DNA of 63,946 bases, counting the filler, from Hyphochytrium catenoides (Eukaryota > Protista > Hyphochytriomycota): assembly GCA_900088475.1 (NCBI GenBank). It is 8 parts of 8 records of this genome, joined end to end, with 100 filler letters (N's around TTAATTAATTAA, not from the genome) between each part and the next. Parts side by side here need not be neighbours in the genome. Positions count along the whole stretch, not along the records: positions 18,147 to 48,856 come from FLMG01002985.1; 7 more parts are not named here. The stretch is one strand, 5' to 3'. This document shows, piece after piece, positions 35,482-47,002 of this stretch (its first letter is position 1; every line of letters starts with the position of its first letter). The notes under the pieces were generated by a model that saw only the letters and a program-made list of their open reading frames with translations, was not told the DNA's origin and made no database searches. A program made the translations under genes and the position numbers.

Positions 35482-36423
35482 ATGGAGACATCACCCTCAT
35501 CATCCTCTGCAACAACGGAGGAGGAGAGGAGTATCCGGAGATTAGCTAATCAAGAGGGCCGCGACCGGACGAAAATGCCTACTACACCAAAGCAGAAGCA
35601 GCCACTGCTGCTACGTAAGATGCCATTCGTTCTTGGTTTCCTCATGTTCCTGTTGACTCCGTCATCAATCAAGCACGTCGTAGCAGGAGCCCAGTTCCCA
35701 ACAAATAGTCCAGGCAGAAGCACCACGCCGACCCTCATTGTACCTACTGCTGGCGCACCGACGCCAACAAGTCGCCCTTCCAGATGCAAACTCCTTGCTG
35801 CGAGTATGCTCGACCAAACTTGCGACTCCTTTCACAAAGCATGCAACCAGATAACCGAGGATCTGGAGTCTCCTAAGATGTCTATCTGTGTCGTCCCAGA
35901 CCCACTGATACATGTTGCGTCTCGCAGAAGGACGACAACCAATCACAAGCATCAACATCACGACGACGGGGCTGACTATTCCAAGGAGCAGGAAGAAGAG
36001 GAGTCAGCAAGCAACAACCAGAGAATTGTTGAGGGAGATACTGGACCCTTTCAGTTCCTTACTTCAATTCGCCTGTGCGCGGCAGGAATACCGCTCGGTG
36101 TCGCTCCAGTTTCTTGCTTCTTTCACGCAGAAGTTGAGGCCAATGTGTCTGTACATGGGGAGTTTCAGTCAGAAACAAAGCTTTGCTGCTTGATTGTCGA
36201 CGATGATATTGCTCTTCTACCGGCCCTCGCCCCCTCACCATCAAAAGAGGACGCGCCAACGACCGGAAGAAGCTCGGGCGATCCGTCGTCCTTACCAACC
36301 ATAGTGATCAAGCCCGACAACTCAAAGGAAAGCAGTGCAACGAGCATCCCAGGAGCAGCTTTAGCTGTGTGGTTCTTGTTGACGTGTTCTGCCCTCATCC
36401 TAAGAATGCCTTCATTCCTCTAG
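35482..36423 (+). CDS. hypothetical Cys-containing surface protein, possibly secreted and GPI-anchored
   Basis: 313-aa ORF with a hydrophobic segment MPFVLGFLMFLLTP (possible true start), Pro/Thr/Ser-rich linkers around a Cys-containing core, and a C-terminal SSA-spacer-hydrophobic tail. Confidence 0.6.
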   Translation: METSPSSSSATTEEERSIRRLANQEGRDRTKMPTTPKQKQPLLLRKMPFVLGFLMFLLTPSSIKHVVAGAQFPTNSPGRSTTPTLIVPTAGAPTPTSRPSRCKLLAASMLDQTCDSFHKACNQITEDLESPKMSICVVPDPLIHVASRRRTTTNHKHQHHDDGADYSKEQEEEESASNNQRIVEGDTGPFQFLTSIRLCAAGIPLGVAPVSCFFHAEVEANVSVHGEFQSETKLCCLIVDDDIALLPALAPSPSKEDAPTTGRSSGDPSSLPTIVIKPDNSKESSATSIPGAALAVWFLLTCSALILRMPSFL

Positions 36424-38393
36424 AGAGAAACGCTGTCCCTAGTGATGATGCGCTCTGTAGATAAGTGCTCAGTGCTGTCCAGCGTAGATAATTTTGATCC
36501 GACCAGTTTTCTCAGGTCAATCATTGCCAAGAACCGTGCTACTGCCCACAGCGGGCACCGGCCACCACGAAGTCCTTCTACTAACAATCACTTTACAAGG
36601 TGAATAAGTAAGGATCATGGTCCCTGCCTCGTACAGGGAAAGAAGTAACTTTTCTCTTGAGCCTGACATAAACCTCACGCCTATAAACGTCACGAATGGC
36701 CAATAAGAAACAGGTTGGGAGAGGCAAAGCTATTGGGAGACCAATCCATGGCTCACGCAGATAAGCATTAAGGTGGAGAGCGATCACTCTAAAGCTTTAG
36801 TACTGTGGCGGCGACACCAAAGAGAGTCGCGGCATGACGCCTCGAACGACCCCCACCAGCCTTACGAGACGAACTGCAGCCCTGTTACAGGCCGACGACG
36901 AGCTTCATGCTTTCATTGTTCAGACTCTAAACGGGCCTGATCGTCAGCGCGTTATGCCGCGAACGAACAACCCTTCAGGTTTCTGGAAGTTGGCGCCCCT
37001 GGGAAGAAGAAGAGGTACTGGAGTGAATGTCCGAGCAAAGTCTCGAAAGGCATGGAAAGGAATGTCAAATTATTGGACGGTACGATGACACTGGGCGGCC
37101 CCATCACCGGACGGCAGAGCAATAAAAGCGATAGTAGTGTCCTCAGAAGCATCCAATACCAAGTGGAGGTGCTCTTAGTAGTAGTGTCAGCACGGATAGG
37201 GTAAGGGTTAGGGCACCGACATGCCCAAGATCAACAGGAGAAGAGCTCTTCACTCTTCAACGATGACTTTTCTAGTAGAACTCCTTAGAGAACCAGCTGG
37301 GTTACGCTATCGTGAGGAAAAAGGTATTTTTCCTCGAAGGTTGAAGTACGCTAGACTCGGTCTGATCTTTCAATGGTCAAGATCAAGACCATTATCATCT
37401 CTTTGCGAGACATCGTGAGGTAAGTAGACAGTCTAAGCATTGTTCTGTTCTAGACAGCAGCCACGTTGAGGCGAGAACTTTATTGCCCTGAAAAAAGAGA
37501 AAGAGGTTCACTGTTGAAGCCAGAAATAGCTCTGTCTCTCTTCTCTGCGCTCCACCTCACTCAGGATGCCTTGACCTTGTGACGCTAGGCTTTGATAGCC
37601 TTCGCTGGGTGCTGAAGCGGTAGGTTCACCAGAGCGCGCTTTCTCCTTAGTATGACTAGGGTCCTAGCATTTCTTGAGGTCGTGACCTCCACGGAGGCCG
37701 GAGGAGCAGAAGTGTACTGTCTGCTGGCTCTCCCGTACATAGAACTGTAGGCTATATGAACGAGGGACGGGATGCGGCTAATATTTTGGAGAGGGAAAGA
37801 ACTTGCTGCCCAGCATTAGCGTCGTTCCCCGTGTTATTTGTCAGAGAGATCCATTCCAGGTAGACACTTATTATGCATGAGACAGGCTAACCGCTGCTGC
37901 TCCTTATCAACCTCTGACACTAAAGCGCTTACTAAATAAAGGGTCCTTAGTGCGTGACAGCTATTTCCCACTTTATCTTCTCTTTCTTTTCTAATAAAGT
38001 CTTTAGACCGCTTCTTTCTTTCTCTCCCTTCCCCAAAAATTCTCCCTCTCTCTCTCTCTTGTTCCGTCCAGTCAATACTTCTCATCAGATGAACATGCCT
38101 TCCTGCTATTTCCTTAGTCTCTCTTGGGATTTTCTGGCACGAGGGCGGAGAGTCTACGCTCATTCCCTCTCGTACCTTATTACTTTCCCTTTCTCCACGT
38201 TTCCTTTCTCCATCGGTTCCCTTTTCTTCTGGCATACATCATATCCATCTTCATCGCTGTCTTTGCTTCTGTGTCTGTTCTCTTGGGGCCAGGCCCTATC
38301 AGGCTATGTTGGGAGTTCGGTCCCACATTCAAGACCAAAACATTCGTGCGAGATAGGCTGATCGCGGTCTTTCTCTTTATTTTTCTTCCGCTG

Positions 38394-38473
38394 CGAGACA
38401 GAGACAGACTTGTCTAAGATGAAGCCCAGTCATTGTATGGCTTGGCTTTCGAGACAGAGACAGACTTGTCTAA
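38394..38473. repeat. 24-bp direct repeat pair around a 32-bp spacer
   Basis: CGAGACAGAGACAGACTTGTCTAA at 38394-38417 and 38450-38473. Confidence 0.85.
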
Positions 38474-39181
38474 TCTCTATAGAGGAGGGGAAGGAGGGAA
38501 CCACTCTGAGTAAACTGCTGTCAGTTGAGAAGGACATCATAGGAGGAAGAGGGAAGTAGACACATAGACAGCCAGTGGGAGCAGAGGGAGAGACAAAAGG
38601 AAGAAAACATGAAGGCTTCAGATAGAGTTCGAGAGAAACAAGTTGAGAGAAGAAGGAGAAAAGAGGTAGACTACTGCTCTTTGATGGCCAAACTAGACTT
38701 ATTACACCTAGGAAAACCAAGAAGGTTGCTCATTTTCCATACACTGACGAAGACAGAATAGGCCTGAGGACTGACGAAGGGGACGGAGTGAGGAAAGAGA
38801 AGAGCTTATTAGGAAATACACAGGGAACTCTCTTTCCTTCCGCATGAGAAGTAGAAGAAGGCCTTACTCAGTCAGTAGGGAAAGCGCCGCTCGGTAAGTG
38901 AGCTGGGAGAGGAAGAGCGCTGGCGCAGACTGTCTACTAGTTGGGAGAACATCGGAGTTCGAAGCTTTGTCCATCCCACCACAGGGCAGACTTCTTTCTC
39001 CTTTCTTTTCTCTACTTCTTTACTCTGTTCTTTCCTTTGTGCTTCCTTCGGTGTAAAGATCTTCTCTTTCTGACAGTTGCGAGGGAGCCTTCAATTTGAT
39101 GCTGCGAGCGGTGGCAAACAGAAGCGCAGCAGGACACCTGCAAGCTGTGAGTCCGTTAGTTTGAGACTTCAGACCTGAGCT

Positions 39182-40898
39182 ATGGAGCTAGAAAGCACGC
39201 TGGCAGCCATTCCCTGTGACTTTCCCTATGTCGGTAGGTACAGGTTCATCGTTAAAATCTTGTGAGTGCGGAACGGGCTAGTATATCTTACGCTTCGTAC
39301 CTCTTCTGCGCGCCGCCATCGCTCTCTTTCCCGCTATTTACAGCTCCCGACTGCAAAGTGCTCTACGCTGATGTAGTTGGCTCAAGCTATACCAGCTGGG
39401 GCTTCTTCTCGCTTCTTGCTGGTACCTGTGGGACGATGTTACTGGTGCACCGAGCCAGAGGAGTCTTGAAGTGCGGCACATACGTCCAGAAGGCCAGTCT
39501 CTTCTTCGTCTTCTTGGGCTTTATCTCTCTGTTGATCCAAGGTTTTGACCCGATGGGATATGGCAGCCTGCTTCCGCCTCTTGTTATCGTTTTGGCGCAG
39601 TTGTCCACCACCTGCTCCCTCTTTAGCATCTGGTAAGATTCCTCTGCGCCTCAGTCATTCACACACTTTGGCCGCCGACTTAAGCTAACGTTCGTCTCTC
39701 TTGACGTCCTCTGAACAGCGTTATCATCGCTGTTTCATGGGCATCGCTCTTGCAGCAGAGCCACCGTCCCCACTGGAAGTTCCCCTTTGACGTCCGCATC
39801 GTTGGGATGGTTGTCATGGCCGCAACCTGGACAGTTGCTCTTGGCCTGGGCTCTATGGCAGTGAAGGAGCCAATGGGGAAGGCGGACGTCAGGGGATATG
39901 TGCAAGGAAACCTCGTAACTCTGAGCGGTAGGCTGGCCGATATGTTCCTTATCAACCGGCAAGGCGGAACCTCTACTAACTCTGTCTCTGTCTCACCTCT
40001 TCCCGTGATCTACCGATCCATCTCCTATCCCTCTGATTCCGTTGTATTAGTGATAGGAACAATCTGTTTGGCATATTTTGCTTATACTGGTGCTGTCCTG
40101 CACCACCATTTGATGTCCTCCTTCCAAGAGTCCAATAGAGATCTAGACCTGATCGCCAGTTTTCACGCTACTTCCAGCATGGACGTGGTGACATTCAACC
40201 CTTTAGTGAGACAGAAGAGCCAGCAGATCTTTAACAATCCTCAAACAGACCAAGAGGGAGGTCGAATGGCTCTTCCACGGCGTCTGCTGAGTCAATGGCG
40301 GAGCTTGCCCTTCATGACAAAGTTCCTCATTCTGTTCTCTGTCGCGTGTAGCGCCATACTCTGCCATCTGTACTACTTGGCTGTTTCCTCGTTCCAGCAC
40401 AAGTACATCTTCGGATGGCAGGGCTACAATGTCTGTGTCATATCTACGGAGAGCGTCGAGGCAAGGGCCTTATGTCCCGTCGTTTTTGAGGCTAAGGACC
40501 TCCCTGCTCTACAGTGCATTGCTCTTTACCTCTGCCTTGGCGCTTTCTGGCGGCTTCCAGAAGAGAAGGACAGCGAAGTTGAAGAGGGCGGAGGCGGAGG
40601 AGTGACCATGCCTGCAATAGCTGAACTGGAGCTAGATAAGGGCAACAAGCCTCAAGGCTTAGCCCATTATCCGGTGCCTGTACATCTCACGGGGAGCCAT
40701 AGGCGAGGAGATAGCAACGGAGGAACGGGGTGTCAGCATCTGACAAGCCCGATTGCAGTTGGAGGAGGAGACACACCAAGAGGCTCTTGGTTATCCTCTG
40801 GCTCCTTTCTAAAATATGAGCCATACAATGACGACGATGGCTCACAAGAGAGAGACATAGTAGCTGACTATCGGCGACCTTTTGCATCTGCGAAATAA
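39182..40898 (+). CDS. orphan 7-TM membrane protein, paralog 3 (4 exons)
   Basis: Exons 39182-39233, 39344-39632, 39719-39927 and 40051-40898. Reads IPCDFPYVAPDC, FDPMGYGSLLP, YTGAVLH, LPFMTKFL, GWQGYNVC and FWRLP. Confidence 0.85.
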
Positions 40899-41422
40899 AC
40901 GCGAACAGTGAGCACAACATCATAATTGGCTGGCTTTTGAAGGGTAGAGAGCGAGAGAGAAACGAATGAAGCGAGAAGATGTAAAGGAGCCAAATGTAGC
41001 AGACGAGGAGCATCTGCATATTAAGCTTAGTTACTTCTTATACAGAGGCAGTTCGTAGGCGTGCGCTGGCGAAGGCCCTTAGGAAAGGTCTTACTATCAT
41101 GTCTACCTTTTGCCTGCTTACATCTGCCACTTGTCCTCTCCGCCATCCACCTTGTACGGCTCATGAACGTAGCTCTGAGTAATCTTTTCTCCTCTTCCAT
41201 CCATCTTGTTCTCTTCAGGAACTCTGCTCTCAGCGTTGCATGATCCTTCCTCTTCCGAGTTACCTGTTCGTTTCATCTTCTTCGTCCTTATAATGAACTT
41301 TGCTCTAAGTAGTTTCTTCTCCTCTTCCATGCATCTTGTGCCTCTCACGAACAATGCTTTGAGTGGCAAGCTTACTTATCGTCATCTGCTTGTATCCCCG
41401 TTACGGTGAACAGAGTGCTAGC

Positions 41423-41885
41423 CTCCCACTGTCATCATTAGTGGTGCATCATCATCTACCGCAGCGATCGAGCTCTAGAATATCTCTAGAAGAGCTTCGA
41501 GAATCCCAACTGCATCTAGTCTCCCACTGCCATCATTATGTGGCATCATCCAAGGCCAGTAACTGCCGAGCTCTAAAATCTTTCTATAAAAGCTTCAACA
41601 GTGCTTCAACAATCCTGGATCTGCATCTATTCTCCCACTGCCATCATTAGGTGGTGCATCGTCATCCAACGCCAGTGATGCCAAGCTCTAGACTCTCTCT
41701 ATAATAGAAGCATCAACAATCCTATATCTGCATCTACACTCCGACTGTCATCATTATGTGGTGCATCATCATCCAACGCCAGCGAAGCCAAGCTCTACAA
41801 TCGTAGAAGCATCCAACGCCCGCGATGCCAAGCTCTGTAATTTTTCTGCCAAAGCTTCAAAAATCCTCCTATAGATCTGCACCTT
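41423..41885. repeat. degenerate minisatellite, unit about 100-110 bp, at least 4 copies
   Basis: CTCCCACTG(T/C)CATCATTA..GGTGCATC...CCAACGCCAG...AGCTCTA...CTGCATCTA recurs at about 41423, 41521, 41632 and 41739. Confidence 0.85.
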
Positions 41886-42495
41886 CCCGTTGGACAATCA
41901 GTCTCCGCTGCCTTCCTTGTTTGGAGGTGTGTAGTTGTAGTAATGTTCTGTCTGTGTGAATACGACCAGAAAGAATTTGTGTCTCGTCTCACTAAACTCA
42001 CAGCAGCGGAGGCATAGACAGAGCGGGTGTAGAGATACAGACAGAGTGGAGTGATTGCAAAGATATAGCGGTGACAGAGTGTGCGAGAGATGCTGGAATG
42101 GAGCCATTGTGCACAGCTTTGAGCACCCATCTTCATCTGGTCCTACCTCATCGGCGCTTTTGCCTTGAAGAAAGAGAGGTCAAAAGCTTCGTTGGATAGC
42201 GGCAGCTCAACAGTGACCTTCATTAGGTAGACTAGATCTCCATTGACCTTGGTCATAATCAGTGCTGTGGCAGCAGGTCGTGGTCCCCCGTGTCTCTAAG
42301 CTTCCTCGACCTTTTCTCTGTTAAAGCACGTCAATTAAGCACCCAAGGAGGAGGCAGATAGCCGAGAGAAACGCCGAGGACAGTTCCAGTTCAAAGGGAA
42401 AAGGTCTAAGCAAACGCCATGGGCCTGGCAGTGTAGCTTCTTTTTTACAGCTTCTCTCAAATTCTCCTTTCTGTCTGCCCAGCAGAGGGCTCAGG

Positions 42496-43041
42496 ATGAA
42501 TAGCACCAATGTACTTGCTTCTGGTACAGCGCGGCTTCTATCTCCTGCTACGTGTCCAGAACTAAAATTCTGCTTTAAGTGCGGAGCACAAACTAAGAAG
42601 GACGCTGTCTTCTGCCACCTATGTGGGACGCCCCAACCTCCAAACATTCCGAAGCACAACGTTACCTCAGCTCAGTATTATGATGTGGCCGCTGCCCCGC
42701 CTTCCTCTTCCTTAGCGTCCACCAACTGGGACAAAACGAATCATCAGTCTCAGGCTTACGCAGGACCTAGATATTCACAGTCGATCCCTCCCACACTGTC
42801 AACAAGCGGCCCAGACCGAGTACACAAAGATACTCCTAAAGATCATCAAGGGCGAGTTGTCTCTGCTTCCACCCTCTTTGCTCCAAAGCAAAGAAGTCCG
42901 GAGGCAGAAGGGGCTAATGGCGAAGGAGCTAACATTCTGGCTCCCTTCGGAGTCTGTCCGTTCTGCGGCTTCTACTTCCGCTCAGAACGGCAGGTCTTCT
43001 GCGCTTCCTGTGGTGCGCAGAAGCCCATTCTGAGGAAGTGA
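42496..43041 (+). CDS. double zinc-ribbon protein (possibly one exon of a larger gene)
   Basis: CFKCG...FCHLCG and CPFCG...FCASCG motifs flank a low-complexity linker. Confidence 0.6.
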   Translation: MNSTNVLASGTARLLSPATCPELKFCFKCGAQTKKDAVFCHLCGTPQPPNIPKHNVTSAQYYDVAAAPPSSSLASTNWDKTNHQSQAYAGPRYSQSIPPTLSTSGPDRVHKDTPKDHQGRVVSASTLFAPKQRSPEAEGANGEGANILAPFGVCPFCGFYFRSERQVFCASCGAQKPILRK

Positions 43042-44191
43042 CGTACCTAGAAGTGGTCCCTTTCTTTCTCCGTTTTTTGTCATCGTCCTTAAAGTCTGTG
43101 GCACTATAACCTGCATCTTCACGCCACAGGCATCAACAATCAGTGAGTTAACCAGGGTTCTTGTTACAACAGTTTGGCTGGCGTCGTCGTCTGGCCTTTA
43201 TGCTTTATACGGCTTACACTGTTATGATCGTCGTTCTATCTCTCGGTAGGTAACACCTATTAAGAAGAATATCGCATCTGGTTGCTTGCTTACCTTGTGT
43301 GGAAAGGACAACCAACTCCCAAACCTCGTTCCTCCCATTAGTCATCATTACTTGTCGTCCTTCTCCTCCTCAACTCGATTCTTGTGGGTTAACGGCGGTG
43401 CTCTCATTTGGTTATTATACTTCGTCAGCAGTCGTCCCGCCTTCCCGTTGGAAGTTTCACACTGATGGATTTACGAAGTAATAGAGCCAAAAGTAATAGA
43501 GCTGAATAGAGCTCGTACTTGATCGTGACAGACGGGCTTTTGAAGGGACAGAGATGATCTTCAGTTATTGCGCAGCATCGACCACGGTTTCTCTCCATCA
43601 TCTAGGAGTTTGATGATAACCTGGAAGAGAATCTCCATCATGATGTGAATACAGTAATCAGTCAAACAGAAGGTACGCCGATCGGCGTTAGCGGTACATC
43701 CTCGCCGTTACCGTCCTATGATTGTCGTTCGCGCCATTACGAAGTTTGTTTCGCGATGAATCTGGCAGCTACACTAGAAACTATTGAGATTTTTTACTTC
43801 TTAGAAGAGTCTGAACAAGCGCTTCTTGGAAGATTAGGAGATAAGGAAGCGCTGTTTGTCCTTGGGAGAGAGCTCAGTATTGGAAAGCTTACGCCGTGCT
43901 TTGCTTATCTGCCATTCTGCTATTTGGGGTACCTTGGCTTCTCTTGGGCATACTGATCACACCGTTTGCCATTAGCGTTCAGCCTCAACGGGCGTGTGCC
44001 AACGCTCTACTTCTCTTTGCCGTTGGATTTGATCAGACAGGTGCCCAACAGTACCTTTTGCTCTTGTCTTGGACCCACACATTGGTGCTTTAACAAGCTT
44101 CCTCTCGAGACATGGCTGAGGGTGACACTAGCCGCCCTGCCAGCTACTGATAGAAGGATCGATGACAGGGAGGAGCCTATCGCGACTGCGC

Positions 44192-46634
44192 ATGAGCCTG
44201 GAGCCTGATGAGACTGCCTTCGACCTAATCAAACGCAGTAGTCACTTCAGATTCCACTCAGGTCTCAGATTTCTAGACAGCCTGGTATGGTAATCTTGTC
44301 TCTGTCGGAACCTCCCTCAATGTCAGAGAGCAATTGTGCGACATAGAGATTACTAAGTGCCTTGCTATTTTGCCAATGCCAGTACGATCAGGGGTTCGTC
44401 ATCGGGGACGTCCTGGAAATCTATGGGGCTTCCAAGACAGGCAAAACCGAAGTCAGTTGGTCACACGCTTTTGATCTCGTATACCTTTCTCCAAACTATC
44501 CTGACTGTGTCAGTCTGCTCCAACATTGAGCCTTAGTAATGGAGGCATGTCTTCTGCACCTAGGTCCTGATGCACCTCGTGGTCAAGGCAGTAATACCAA
44601 CGGAGCTTGGGGGCTATAATGCTGGAGTTCTCTACATTGATAATGGTAAGAATAGCAATATTTGCAGTAGCTTCTCTCCTATTTGTCAAAGTGCATCTAG
44701 CTCGTTCTTCTTCTTTCGCATAGCTGTTTACGTCGGCCTTTGCTTCGCCTACTCAGTTTCCTGACACGCCTCCCATTCCTTTTATTGGCTTCATAACTTC
44801 CCCTTAGATTGGAAGCTGGATCTTTCTAGAGTGGAGCTCATTCTTAGGACTACGGTGGCAGCAAGACTGCAAGCACTCCAGCGTCACTTTTCACCGACAA
44901 ACAGCAATATCCCAGGTAACAGTTTGATGCCGACTTGCTCAGGGCTCCGTACTAGAAGTGGCTAACTATGCACTTGGTCTCGCTCTCTATCGGTCTCTCT
45001 TTGGTGCCCTCACAATCTCGGTTATCCTTTGCGAGAAGACCGTGAGGTACGCTTTTCAATTGCATCAAGACCTCCGAAATCAGCTGAGCACCCCGAGCAA
45101 CTAGTGATTTATAAAGATCACTCATATCGCCTTAAACTTGCAGGAGATTGTGCAACAGTGCCTACGGAAAGTCCTGGTAATCCGTTGTGGAAGCTCCTTT
45201 CAGTTCTTATCAGCGCTCTTGTCCCTCAAGCATCAAGGACTTCTGAACGAAGGTAGTTCGTGAGCCGCTTTATTGGCCCTTCTCACGTCTTTCAGGTTCC
45301 CCCTTTCGTCGTTTCCTTCGTTTTTTAGTAGGGCACAATGTCTTTAGGTTTTGTAAAAGGGACCATACTCTGATGACGTCCCCCGTGCCTAACCGTTCAT
45401 TTCTATCTAGACGTCAAGCTGATCGCCATCGACGGTATTGGCTCATTTTATTGGCAGGAAAAGGTCAGGATAATTTGCTTTGAATGGCCTTAGAACATTG
45501 ACACGGGCGATAGTTGAGTGTGTTAAGTTTGGTATAACAAGAGGTCCAGCTAGGAATTCAGCACAACGACAAATGTCTGTCAGAGGTCTTTTTAGCGGCT
45601 TTCTTTAACATCTCACTGCATAGGCTGCTGGGCTGTTAGTTGGAGAGGGCTTGACTCTAGGCCAACATCTTTATGGCGTGCTGGAGGGCATTCTCAAGGA
45701 GAATTCGCTCTTCATCGCTGCAACTAAACAGGGTAAGGGAAGCTGCTAGAAGTATATGTTCAGAGCCCCTTAATATCCATGTGCTCATCCACCTTTTGCG
45801 TTGTTCGTGATGCGCTTGTGCCTGCTGAACGCGATTGCGTTCTTCCTCACCTCTTCCTGCCATGCTCTCGCCTTCTTACCTGCTTTTCGCTTCTTAATGG
45901 ACTTTCATGAGCCCTCAAAAGAAAGCCTACTGGGTGTTAAAGCTGATTTCTCTATATCAGAGGTTTTTCCTCCGGTTGCGGGGTCCAAGGAACACATAGA
46001 GTACTTGCCTAGAAGATGGAGCTCGATGGTGAAGAAACGGATTCTTTTGAAAGAAGGGCCGCGAGCATCCACGTAAGCCGTTGCTGCTCTTCATGCTCTC
46101 TTGTTTTCAGGCTCGCAAGCTATTTGTCTCCCCCTGCTCTTCCACTTCCCATCGTGTACATTTTGCGGCGTTCGAGTCCTCATGCTTTATCGTTGCGTTC
46201 TTCTTAGTTGATATTGTGCACGTCACAAGTTCCATCTTTGTGCCTTTTTACGCTAAAAGAACCTGATGGCGCCACCTTCCGTAAAATAGCCCTCAAGAAT
46301 ATACTGACTAATGTCTTTCCGTGGTCCCATAGCCGGAAGGCCAAATCCCTGTTTCCTCTCATCAAGGAAGAGTAAGTTAGCTGACGGGTGGAGGGTCAAG
46401 CTTCTAGCAGATGAGATCGATTTCAATTTAGATAGTTAGGAGTCAGAGTTATCTCACATTTCGATAGAGGTTGGGAAAGCTTGTCCCGCCGACGGACAGA
46501 TACGTAGAAAAGGAAACAACGAGAGTCCTGGGAGGAGGACGAGGCCACGGGAGGGGTCTAAAGGAATGGAAAGAGAAAGGTGGGGTGGGAGAGAGAAAGT
46601 TAGGGAGAGGATGGGGAAAGAGGGAAGGAGAGAG

Positions 46635-46691
<57 letters not shown>

Positions 46692-46875
46692 CAGACATTA
46701 AGAGAGGGAGTGGAGATAGAGGGAGATCAGAGAGAAAGGAAGGACGAGCACTTGGAAGTTAAAAGGATGGTGCTTGAGGGATTTTGAATGGACAAACGCT
46801 CACAGTTTTCCTATCGCTTGGTGCAGGTTTACCTTTGAGATCACACCGCAAGGGATCCGCGAGCGTGGAGGGTAG
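44192..46875 (+). CDS. XRCC2: RAD51 paralog XRCC2-like DNA repair protein, multi-exon
   Basis: Spliced exons read PDETAFDL; GDVLEIYGASKTGKTE (Walker A); LMHLVVKAVIP..LGG...GVLYIDND; CLRKVLVIRCGSSFQFL; LIAIDGIGSFYW (Walker B); HIEYLPRRWSSMVKKRILL; FEITPQGI. Confidence 0.85.
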
Positions 46876-47002
46876 AGAAAACTAAAGACAATAAACAACC
46901 TACAAAGCTGCTCAGGGGAGAGGGCAATTCTCTATTTACATTTTAGGTACAGATGGCATCTGAGCTTGAGGAAAGAAGAGAGAGGAAGAGAGAGAGAGAT
47001 GC

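Noticed and set aside
36834-37200. Possible non-LTR RT relic (NVKLLDGTMTLGGPI) and possible transposase relic at about 32700-32960
   Set aside because: The resemblance is too short and degenerate to support without a search.
37196-37213. Telomere-like hexamers (ATAGGG TAAGGG TTAGGG; also CCTAACCCTAACGCTAA at 58801-58817)
   Set aside because: Only 2-3 imperfect units each, which is compatible with chance.
38394-38473. CRISPR-like repeat-spacer-repeat (24/32/24 bp)
   Set aside because: Only two repeats, partly made of GAGACA microsatellite, in a eukaryotic context with no cas genes.
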